A DNA stretch of 53,515 bases from Octopus bimaculoides (Eukaryota). The notes beneath the pieces are model-generated. The model was not told the origin of the DNA and searched no databases. It worked only from the letters and a program-made list of their open reading frames with translations. Positions within the stretch are counted from its first letter, which is position 1; every line of letters begins with the position of its first letter. Of the stretch, positions 48,058 through 53,515 are shown piece by piece. A program made the translations under genes and the position numbers. The DNA lies in NCBI RefSeq assembly GCF_001194135.2, contig NC_069002.1:36531692-36585206 (forward strand), written 5' to 3'.

Positions 48058-49003
48058 GATATNNNNNNNNNNNNNNNNNNNNNNNNNNNNNNNNNNNNNN
48101 NNNNNNNNNNNNNNNNNNNNNNNNNNNNNNNNNNNNNNNNNNNNNNNNNNNNNNNNNNNNNNNNNNNNNNNNNNNNNNNNNNNNNNNNNNTATATATATA
48201 TATATATATGCTTAAACTGAAAGCATAAATATATCAAAATATCCAAATTTTAACGAGACACATGTTTCTGCAAGCTGAGAGGCTCTAAACCTCAAAGGAA
48301 TAGTTCATTCAGAACTCTCGTACATTCCTGCGTCGTAATGTATTTTGAAAAATGGATAAACTGAAAGATGTAGCTTCGTTTAAGAAGCAGTCTCCTGCAT
48401 AGTACCGAAGGTTCGAATGGAATATTTGAAAAATAAGGCGGACCTGGTTCATACAACAGCAGAACGACAATGATAAGAAGAAAGAAAGGACATGTTACGT
48501 AATATATTCACTGACCTTTCAGATTTGGAACTCTGGCCTTTCTTTCGATGTGACTGTCGTTTGTTACTTAAATATTTCATCATGTCTTCGTCTTGAGTTT
48601 CGTCTGCGCTGCTGCCGTTATTCTGATGCGCTTTTCCAGCTTTAGAACCCGCATTTAAACCAGGACTTCCCTTTTCACCAACCAACACATGGATGCTGTT
48701 ACCACTACTACTACTATTATTAAGATTATGAGTATGATTACTTCGTTGAAGGTCTTGTGGCGTTACCACGACGACAGGTATGTCTTGGGCTTCCTCCGTC
48801 CACGAAGAACATGGCCGACCAGAATCCGATGAGCGATAACCAGTTTGCCGAGTGATGTCCAGTTCACCATGTGGTATCCAATTCCCCATGCTGTATCCGT
48901 TGTGCTGTGGAGCGTTGATATCATAATACGATGAAACACTCCCCTTGTTGTTTCCATTGTGTTCAGCTTGTTCATGTAACTCTAAATAGTTTTTGGTTGC
49001 CAT
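3180..49003 (-). CDS. Tmc: Transmembrane channel-like (TMC) gene, TMC1/2/3 subfamily; 16 coding exons in window, 3' end incomplete
   Basis: Manual splice reconstruction: all 15 introns GT..AG, all phases compatible, no stops over 728 codons. Hallmark motifs: [130 protein letters not shown], CGPF. The last exon ends in a phase-2 donor (AG|GTAAG at 3180/3179), so more exons follow. Confidence 0.96.
5023..5090 (-). CDS. Tmc: TMC exon 15 ([22 protein letters not shown], TM7)
   Basis: CTTTCTAG acceptor, TG|GTAAGT donor, 68 nt phase 0-2; absent from ORF track. Confidence 0.96.
5190..5545 (+). mobile_element. RTE-clade LINE 3' end
   Basis: RGTSKKR*KNSLKKSLGACH...FSCNLCGRSCLFRLGLVGHQ C-terminal motif typical of RTE elements. 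Confidence 0.75.
6114..6242 (-). CDS. Tmc: TMC exon 14 (EVIKLTELDL...[10 protein letters not shown], TM6)
   Basis: T-rich CACAG acceptor, TTC|GTAAGT donor, 129 nt phase 0-0. Confidence 0.96.
8387..8542 (-). CDS. Tmc: TMC exon 13 (ILTSIDC...[10 protein letters not shown], TM5-TM6 loop)
   Basis: TTCTTCCGTAG acceptor, CAG|GTTAGT donor, 156 nt phase 0-0; ends in CWE..VGQ motif. Confidence 0.92.
9130..9511 (-). mobile_element. tRNA-derived SINE family B; other copies 33944-34313 (-), 44531-44860 (+, headless), 51923-52235 (-)
   Basis: Head GGAGGCGCAATGGCCCAGTGGTTAGG (A box) ... GGTTTCGATTC (B box); shared tail ending GACGGAGTGCCAAC. Confidence 0.85.
10361..10486 (+). mobile_element. HERO/NeSL-like restriction-like endonuclease remnant
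   Basis: IRELITPWSERVVEVLERKLAKYQKLMVQCRSRRW matches the ELTVPWE...ERK..KY..L...C...GW pattern. Confidence 0.6.
10561..10760 (-). mobile_element. Hammerhead-bearing repeat (Penelope-like terminal repeat or retrozyme-like); homologous copies at 20533-20700 (-) and 44367-44530 (+)
   Basis: The three copies share the ribozyme, an upstream pyrimidine-rich flank (ATAACTCCTTATATT..ACTCTAC in two copies) and a downstream flank ending GCCTT(G/A)GCTTT..TCTCA; each abuts a (CA)n or (TA)n tract. PLE origin inferred from the ribozyme type; no RT/GIY-YIG seen. Confidence 0.6.
10622..10669 (-). ncRNA. Hammerhead motif, same family, U16.1>A (GAA triplet), probably inactive
   Basis: GTCT-CTGATGA-AGGGATATCTGTCACATCCTT-GAAA-CAGCTG-AA-AGAC; 6 bp stem II. 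Confidence 0.7.
11019..11083 (+). ncRNA. Minimal type I hammerhead ribozyme motif, intact core, GUC cleavage triplet
   Basis: AACATTA-CTGATGA-(31 nt stem II region)-GAAA-CTTGG-TC-TAATGTT: 7 bp perfect stem I (+1 GU), full core, 2 bp stem III; stem II pairing is weak. Confidence 0.7.
13596..14285 (-). mobile_element. R4/Dong-clade LINE 3' end with (TAA)20 tail
   Basis: DMSLQTDKEIKANGSDIIVK, EKLSKYKVLEI, TIPIMIGALG, KIALLGTAHILHKTLSIQ* (restriction-like endonuclease), then 3'UTR and TAA array at 13596-13655. Confidence 0.8.
16032..17284 (-). mobile_element. Full-length degenerate mariner (DD34D), 1253 bp
   Basis: 27 bp TIRs (TTAGGTTGTCCGGAAAGTTCTAAGCGT, 4 mismatches), TA on both sides; transposase broken into ORFs 16712-17101, 16514-16702, 16097-16381 with TRDEKW, LDNALPH, PYSPEIAPPDY. 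Confidence 0.95.
17367..17424 (-). CDS. Tmc: TMC exon 12 (VFILNFLNLASLLYSLYQK, TM5)
   Basis: TCTTACAG acceptor, AAG|GTAACT donor, 58 nt phase 2-0; R...L..LNL..L..L pattern. Confidence 0.9.
19326..19511 (+). mobile_element. Probable LINE 3' end with (TAA)n tail abutting the exon 11 donor
   Basis: Unique sequence ending in a long TAA array 10 bp from the donor; rest lies in the N gap. Confidence 0.4.
19522..19631 (-). CDS. Tmc: TMC exon 11 ([36 protein letters not shown], TM4)
   Basis: TTCGTTGCAG acceptor, AG|GTAATG donor, 110 nt phase 0-2; FP.FFD...E.YHPR..LR.QLAR motif; absent from ORF track. Confidence 0.95.
20225..20366 (-). CDS. Tmc: TMC exon 10 (KLLIFLRCLGVIF...YFEANA, TM3)
   Basis: CTTTCAG acceptor, GCG|GTGAGC donor, 142 nt phase 2-0. 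Confidence 0.92.
20593..20640 (-). ncRNA. Hammerhead motif, same family, core U4>C (CCGATGA), probably inactive
   Basis: GTCT-CCGATGA-AGGGATATAATAAATATCTTG-GAAA-CAGCTG-TA-AGAC. Confidence 0.7.
21053..21311. mobile_element. Fold-back / MITE-like element with about 106 bp inverted arms
   Basis: 21053-21158 is the reverse complement of 21206-21311 (terminal CACCTAAATGTGGCTGACCCATATG exact); about 47 bp spacer; no clear TSD. Confidence 0.8.
21346..21962 (+). mobile_element. 5' half of a mariner, internally deleted
   Basis: TA-TTGGGTGATCCC terminus, MKVTKEHIQYILLYEFKKGN, GQ*VPHKL, TGDEKW; ends about 55 bp from the TMC exon 9 donor. Confidence 0.88.
22017..22060 (-). CDS. Tmc: TMC exon 9 (ESIREVEEKEKVEK)
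   Basis: ATTTTCAG acceptor, AA|GTAAGT donor, 44 nt phase 0-2; matches the ESI.EE.E charged linker. Confidence 0.9.
22874..23021 (-). CDS. Tmc: TMC exon 8 (LATNARL...[31 protein letters not shown])
   Basis: CTTTAG acceptor, AAA|GTGAGT donor, 148 nt phase 2-0. Confidence 0.96.
23690..23900 (-). mobile_element. R4/Dong-clade RT fragment
   Basis: ESCKYLGIDEN...RLRKIWKSELSAFNKI. Confidence 0.7.
24592..25833 (+). mobile_element. Near-intact mariner (irritans-like), right TIR missing
   Basis: TA-CGACGGTAAGTAAAAAAGTAATGC left end; 355-codon transposase frame 24733-25800 with a single TGA at 24820-24822; WVPREL, TGDETW, HDNARPH, YSPDLAPSDY; 34 residues between the 2nd and 3rd D. Confidence 0.95.
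24733..25800 (+). pseudogene. Mariner transposase with one premature stop at codon 30
   Basis: ATG 24733 in frame with listed ORF 24904..25800; CAC-TGA-CGA, probably CGA>TGA. Confidence 0.9.
25834..27060 (-). mobile_element. Tx1/L1-clade LINE RT fragment
   Basis: DLNQSNFFDRVDHQYL, LNGHLLEPFNISHSAHQDCPLSSLL, AHTDDVIVV (degenerate YADD); many stops. Confidence 0.8.
27742..28085 (+). mobile_element. tRNA-headed SINE family D; fragments at 15615-15775, 20757-20960, 23475-23680, 30925-31420, 53165-53250
   Basis: TAGGCGCAGGTGTGGCTGTGTGGTAA head, CCTTGGGCAAGTGTCTT segment, tail GGCCGCAGTC.AATGACTGAAAC; coordinates approximate. Confidence 0.8.
28548..28767 (-). mobile_element. Mariner-derived MITE, 220 bp
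   Basis: TIRs CGAG(G)nCTGAAA(C/A)GTTCCTGGCTTT, TA on both sides; interior encodes a transposase C-terminus (GLKKLEDHCDKCENLRGEYVE*) on minus. Confidence 0.85.
29470..29576 (+). repeat. (CAA)n array with 21 bp higher-order period
   Basis: Unit CAGCAACAACAACAATAACA(C/A) repeated about 3.5 times. Confidence 0.8.
29757..30870 (-). mobile_element. Internally deleted Tc1 element, 1114 bp
   Basis: About 31-33 bp TIRs CACAGACATGA..AGAAGTAAATAG.CACCCT with TA flanks; ARRKPLL, FSDESRF, VMVWGAI, WPSQSADMNPIE; second catalytic Asp region deleted. Confidence 0.93.
31732..31868 (-). CDS. Tmc: TMC exon 7 ([13 protein letters not shown]...YEIPVAYLLTG...LH, TM2)
   Basis: GATGCAG acceptor, AA|GTAAGT donor, 137 nt phase 0-2; YS.LFYG.Y and Y.LP.AY motifs; not in the ORF track frame. 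Confidence 0.95.
32510..32942 (+). mobile_element. 5' fragment of a mariner transposase
   Basis: KEHLRHIMVYEYKKGN, RRWFAKFRSGDFSLEDEDRTGRP, GKWVPHEL; left end lies in N gap. Confidence 0.88.
33490..33793 (+). mobile_element. tRNA-derived SINE family C (family B head, different tail); second copy 49968-50207 (+)
   Basis: Same A/B box head; tail GCGATGGACTGGCGTCCC...GAGCCTGGCTAGGCTT. Confidence 0.8.
34726..35226 (+). mobile_element. R4/Dong-clade RT thumb-region fragment
   Basis: EYFRRLRVVLHSELNGWNKIQADNTWA...HPKSDTDRLYLSRRKGG/LISDQDC. Confidence 0.8.
35440..35520 (-). CDS. Tmc: TMC exon 6 (VIAGEKQAIPANEVAKAGDLDTLIAAE)
   Basis: TTTCGCCAG acceptor, GAG|GTAAGT donor, 81 nt phase 0-0. Confidence 0.88.
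36860..37620 (-). mobile_element. Tx1/L1-clade LINE 3' fragment
   Basis: Degenerate zinc motif (..QSEETVLHIFPQYPSI) and REQAIFICLLVLAKEVVW*TRLKG..GQALINFFKFH. Confidence 0.6.
37726..37832 (-). CDS. Tmc: TMC exon 5 ([20 protein letters not shown]...LPQ, TM1)
   Basis: CTTTCAG acceptor, CAG|GTAGC donor, 107 nt phase 1-0; HFGS.VASYF.FLRW motif. Confidence 0.96.
40442..41568 (-). mobile_element. Non-autonomous Helitron, 1127 bp
   Basis: A|TC 5' end at 41568, CA/GACA microsatellite near the 5' end, CCCGG-6nt-CCGGG hairpin just before CTAG|T 3' end at 40442; AT target, no TSD. Confidence 0.75.
41837..42210. repeat. Eroded minisatellite, about 27-28 bp period, core ATYTGAYC
   Basis: Core or near-core at 41883, 41912, 41939, 41967, 42008, 42036, 42061, 42089, 42117, 42144. 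Confidence 0.65.
42338..42419 (-). CDS. Tmc: TMC exon 4 ([27 protein letters not shown])
   Basis: TTTCAG acceptor, G|GTAAGT donor, 82 nt phase 0-1; IPWE..IK.IE motif. Confidence 0.95.
42426..42482. repeat. (GTA)19 microsatellite at the exon 4 acceptor; many other CA, TA, GATA, TATG, GGAA, TAA, CT arrays occur throughout the window
   Basis: Read directly from the sequence. Confidence 0.95.
42562..42960 (+). mobile_element. tRNA-derived SINE family A (dimeric copy); other copies 9592-9807 (+), 6945-7330 (-), 6705-6860 (-), 11140-11330 (-), 43100-43300 (+), 47076-47278 (-), 47304-47538 (+), 49735-49845 (-), 52358-52572 (-), 52638-52850 (+)
   Basis: GGCGGCGAGCTGGCAGA..GTTAGC A box, GAGTTCAAATTCC B box, shared GCCTTTCATCCTTTCGGGGTCGAT core; coordinates approximate. 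Confidence 0.85.
44423..44474 (+). ncRNA. Minimal type I hammerhead motif (palindromic stem III family), intact core, GUA triplet
   Basis: TAGTCT-CTGATGA-GGAGACATCCCTAATATCCCA-GAAA-CAGCTG-TA-AGACTA: 6 bp stem I, palindromic CAGCTG stem III, imperfect stem II. Confidence 0.75.
45120..45320 (+). mobile_element. RTE-like LINE 3' remnant
   Basis: HVCLGKAGFISHQRIHT resembles the RTE terminal C/H motif. Confidence 0.45.
46226..46301 (-). CDS. Tmc: TMC exon 3 (KAKAYVKGHESSLSRRQDFQRMGFD)
   Basis: T9-CAG acceptor, GTGAGT donor, 76 nt phase 2-0; read in a different frame from the listed ORF 46222..46440. Confidence 0.9.
46708..46830 (-). CDS. Tmc: TMC exon 2 (RDFESQ...[12 protein letters not shown])
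   Basis: CTACTAG acceptor, AG|GTTACT donor, 123 nt phase 2-2; QPW..KKL..LR motif. Confidence 0.92.
48516..49003 (-). CDS. Tmc: TMC coding exon 1 (162 aa low-complexity N-terminus, MATKNYLELH...SSKSE)
   Basis: AAT-ATG-G Kozak-like start at 49003; acceptor TTTTCCAG 11 nt upstream implies a non-coding upstream exon; donor AG|GTCAGT in phase 2 matches exon 2. No conserved motif, so assignment rests on ORF length, position and phase. Confidence 0.75.
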
Positions 49004-50966
49004 ATTTATGAAAACTGGAAAGTAATTCGTTAGCAAAAAGTATAGTACAAACCTAATACAAACCAAAGTACAAAAGTGTAGGTGGTTAAAGAGGTACGCA
49101 GACAAATAGATAGATGATATATACGTACATACATNNNNNNNNNNNNNNNNNNNNNNNNNNNNNNNNNNNNNNNNNNNNNNNNNNNNNNNNNNNNNNNNNN
49201 NNNNNNNNNNNNNNNNNNNNNNNNNNNNNNNNNNNNNNNNNNNNNNNNNNNNNNNNNNNNNNNNNNNNNNNNNNNNNNNNNNNNNNNNNNNNNNNNNNNN
49301 NNNNNNNNNNNNNNNNNNNNNNNNNNNNNNNNNNNNNNNNNNNNNNNNNNNNNNNNNNNNNNNNNNNNNNNNNNNNNNNNNNNNNNNNNNNNNNNNNNNN
49401 NNNNNNNNNNNNNNNNNNNNNNNNNNNNNNNNNNNNNNNNNNNNNNNNNNNNNNNNNNNNNNNNNNNNNNNNNNNNNNNNNNNNNNNNNNNNNNNNNNNN
49501 NNNNNNNNNNNNNNNNNNNNNNNNNNNNNNNNNNNNNNNNTTAACATTGTTTCGATGATATTAATAAGATTACAGAAAACATAATTTCAATAAAATTATG
49601 CTCTTAAAATATTTGCTATGTGGGGACTGGCATGCCAAAGAATAGACCCAACCCTTCCTCTACATGGCGTAAAAGTCGACTAATTGAGGTTGAGGTAGGA
49701 TTTGAACTCCGACCTCATAAAATTTTCACCAGCAATGAAAGGCAAAGTCAAACTCAGCGGAATTTGAACTCAAAACGTAAAGACGGATGAAATGCCGTCA
49801 AGCATTTTGTCCGGCGAGCTAACGATTCCGCCAGCTCGCCGCCTTATGTCTGCCCAAAATATAATTAAACAAATGATAAAAGACTCTTAATCATTTTAAA
49901 CCAGTTACATACACCAACAGGTAATCAGCATACACAGCATTTTTTCTACATATAATTTCCATTTCTGTGGAGGCGCAGTGGCCCAGTGGTTAGTGGTTCG
50001 GGTGTCAGCATCATGATCGTAAGATTGTGGTTTCGATTCCTGGACCGGGCGACGCAAAACACTTCATTTCACGTTGCTCCAGTCCACTCAGCTGGCAAAG
50101 ATGAGTCACGCTGCGATGGACTGGCGTCCCATCCAGCTGGGAAACACATACGCCATAGAAACCGGGAAACCGGGCCCATGAGCCTGGCTAGGCTTTAAAA
50201 GGGCACATTTATTTTATTTATAATCATTTATATAATACTTCTCTGTCATTACAAGAAAATGTATTCTGATAGTCGTAGCAGATATGCTCGCAACGTTCAG
50301 TCAGGTTTCCTACAACGCGTTATCACAATTTGTAATCGTTAATAGCACCGTGTAACAAGACCCTTTGTCCTTGGGTAGCAACTGTTTTTCCTATTTGCTT
50401 ACTCCAGGACAGTATGAAAAATCACTAATATTTCCTTCAAAATTTGCTTTTGTTACTTTTATTCAAACACCAGAAACTCCTTCTCAGCACATGGCTATGA
50501 TGCTCCCCCACTACTCCTGCTCATGATCAGCGATGCACATATTATCATCCACTATGTGACATACTCAAGTAGTTATGGTCAAGCAACTAACATGGAAATC
50601 TGTGGTATTGAGCTGAATATTTGTTATAACGATATTTTTCTGCTTCAACAACTCAGTACTGAATCTGAAATGTGATGGAAAATGGTTTAGTTTGAAAAGA
50701 TTAATGTTCAAATCACAAAAGCAAAGTTTGAAGAGAATAGTAGTCAATTTCCTTTTGGTTTCTAGAGAGAAGCAAATAGGAAATAACACTTACTCACCAA
50801 AGATAGAAAAAGAAAATTGTTACATAGTGTAATTTGTTTGAGAAATTAATCGTTAGTTCTGTTTACACCTTAGTAACACACTTATTCTCAAGATTAAAAC
50901 TCCCTCCTAAGACAAATACCTGTTGATTGTAATCTGGTATTTTCAGTATGACGTATATCTGAATTC

Positions 50967-51008
<42 letters not shown>

Positions 51009-53295
51009 TTCTTCCAAAACACCATTTCCCGACAACTTTCTTACAGCATAAAACATACAAATCTGCACATACATACATACATACATACATAATTACATAC
51101 ATACATACATACATACATGCATGCATAGATGCANNNNNNNNNNCATGCATACATACATACATACATACATACATACATACATACATACATACATACAAAA
51201 ATACCCTATTGTTGATGTTGAAATTCCAATGAAGGAGCCTTGGATCTGGGTTAGAAACCGGTTCTTTCTCTATTTGCAAGAAATCTTGAAATAAACTGAA
51301 TAACGCCATACATACAAATATACATACATACATACATTACATACATATTACGTGATAGCCTTCTTGAAGATAATTAATGAACAGTAAAAATACTACAAAC
51401 TTATTAATCCCAACAATGCTTACATGGTTCGCATTTTATTCTCATCTAACCTTATTTGTATTTCAACTTATATGATGTCGTAATAACTACGACGTTGAAG
51501 CAAGTCTTTCATATTTTCGTTACTACATTTCACTGATACCCGCCCTCTGAAGTTGTCAAACTTAATATCTCATAACATATATGTCTTACATTCTTTCTCA
51601 AGGCTAATAAAATGTCGGCTTTTCTAATATTCATTCTCCCATCATACTTTAAATATCTTGAGTAACTACTTGCAAGACTTGCTATGGTTCAATTAACAAC
51701 GCTCACGAAGAGCAGTCAGCCAAAACTTTATTATTATCTGATAAAAATAATGGAAATATGTGTTTAATTCGCTCAGGTAGATTGCTTTTATGGTGAGTTG
51801 TGTGACGCGTCTGTTTTAACAGTATGTAAAATATCCTCGTATTTTTAAGTTTGATGTGCAGTATGTTAAGCGTAATGCCATGAGCTATGTATTTTGAGAA
51901 GGGTTCATACGTGTCGTAATATTTGGCACTCCGTCGCTTACGACGTCGAGGGTTCCAGTTGATCCAATCAACGGAACAGCCTGCTCGTGAAATTAACGGG
52001 CAAGGGGCTGAGCACTCCACAGACACGTGTACCGTTAACGTAGTTCTCGGAAGTAAGAGTGAGAGAAAATTGTGGTGAAACAGTACAGCAGGGTTCGCCA
52101 CCATCCCCTGCCGGAGCCTCCTGGAGCTTGAGGTGTTTTCGCTCAATAAACACTCACAACGCCCGGTCTGGGAATCGAAACCGCGATCTTATGATCGCGA
52201 GTTCGCTGCCCTAGCCACTGGGCCATTGCGCCTCCTCGTCATAGACATATCCCTATCAACAAACAAAAGTAACAACCACGAACCCTACTCGTTCTTTCGG
52301 GAGAATAAAATCCGTTCTCGGAAAATTTTAATTACAGTCTCAGTTTATTATAGGATGATGATTCCAAATTTTGACACAAAGTCTGCAATTTCAGGGGAGG
52401 AGATAAGTTGATTGTATCGAACCCGGTGTTCCACTGGTACTTATTTTATCGACCCGAAAGGATAAACGGAAAAGGTGACCTCGGCGGAATTCGATCTCAG
52501 AACTTAACGACAGACGAAATGTCGCTAAACATATTCCTCGACGTGTAAACGATTCTCTCAGCTCATCACCTTAGATCGTTATAATTGTTATAGAGTAATA
52601 ATAATAATAATAATGTTATTGATATCAAACAAATTCAAGGTGATGTGCTGGCAGAATCGTCAGCACGCCGGGCAAAATGCTTGGCGGCATTTCGTCCGTC
52701 TTTACGAGTTCAAATTCCGTCGGGGTCGACTTTGCCTTTCATCTTTTCGGGGCCGATAAAATAAGTAACAGTTATTTACTGGGGTCGATGTAATCGACTA
52801 GCCCCTACCCTGAAATTGCTGCCCTTGTGCCAAAATTTGAAGTCAATATTAATCAAATCTCGCTCAGGGATTGGCATTACCTTTCATTCTTTAAGGATCG
52901 ATAAAATAAGTAGCAGTCGAATAATTACGCAACGCAATGCCGCATAACGTAACCTGCATGCATCTATGCATACAGACCGTGTGGAGTTAACACCGAAGAT
53001 ATTGCTCACATTATAAGCAGATGTTCGAAAATGCCATAGCTACTTATGTAAAATGATGTTTAGCAAAGCACTGTACAATGAGCTATTTCAGAAGGCTGAT
53101 CTCGAGGCCAAAGAGATAAGAACCGAAATTGCGATAGAAGCCGCAACTACTCATAATATGAAAGAGTACTCTTTTACTCTTTTACTTGTTTCAGTCATTT
53201 GACTGTGGCCATGCTGGAGCACCACCTTTAGTGGAGCAAATTGACCCCAGAAAACCGCCCAGTAGGCCGTCTTCCTGCTAGTATATATATGTATG

Positions 53296-53339
<44 letters not shown>

Positions 53340-53515
53340 AAGCAAGTTAAAACTATACTGGACATTACATATAATTCTTTTATTTGAGCAAATTTCGGCT
53401 TATGGGTGTTTCCAGTAGTCATGATAGGCTTACTCAATTTGTCTATTGATCAATTAAGGCAAATTGAACGACCTACGAAAATCCATGCTACTTTCGTCAT
53501 ATATATATATATATA

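Noticed and set aside
12545-49584. Long ORFs in the track made mostly of X (e.g. 12545..13552, 14791..15903, 18539..19348, 37931..38953, 49114..49584)
   Set aside because: They run through N gaps, which contain no stop codons; assembly artefacts.
50788-50830. Strong donor-like GTGAGTAAGT on minus as a possible TMC 5'UTR exon end
   Set aside because: No identifiable exon start or promoter; cannot be supported without transcript data.
1-53515. CRISPR arrays, rRNA, operons, bacterial promoters or terminators
   Set aside because: None seen; the window is eukaryotic intron-rich DNA, and periodic repeats lack constant repeat/unique spacer structure.

Overview
AT-rich, microsatellite- and SINE-dense animal genomic DNA with 13 N gaps. 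The repeat families look like those of an octopus (coleoid cephalopod); this is my recognition, not a database result. The backbone is one multi-exon gene on the minus strand. I reconstructed 16 phase-consistent GT-AG coding exons (49003 down to 3180, 2186 nt, 728 codons) encoding a transmembrane channel-like protein of the TMC1/2/3 subfamily with a TMC3/invertebrate-type TM7 signature. Its last exons lie off the left edge or were not found. The introns hold four mariner copies (one only a single nonsense codon from an intact DD34D transposase), a deleted Tc1, a mariner MITE, a fold-back element, a non-autonomous Helitron, Tx1/L1, RTE, R4/Dong and HERO-like LINE fragments, and several tRNA-derived SINE families. 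The most unusual signal is four minimal type I hammerhead ribozyme motifs of the Penelope-associated kind. The two with intact catalytic cores are antisense to the host pre-mRNA, and the two in sense each carry a core mutation.
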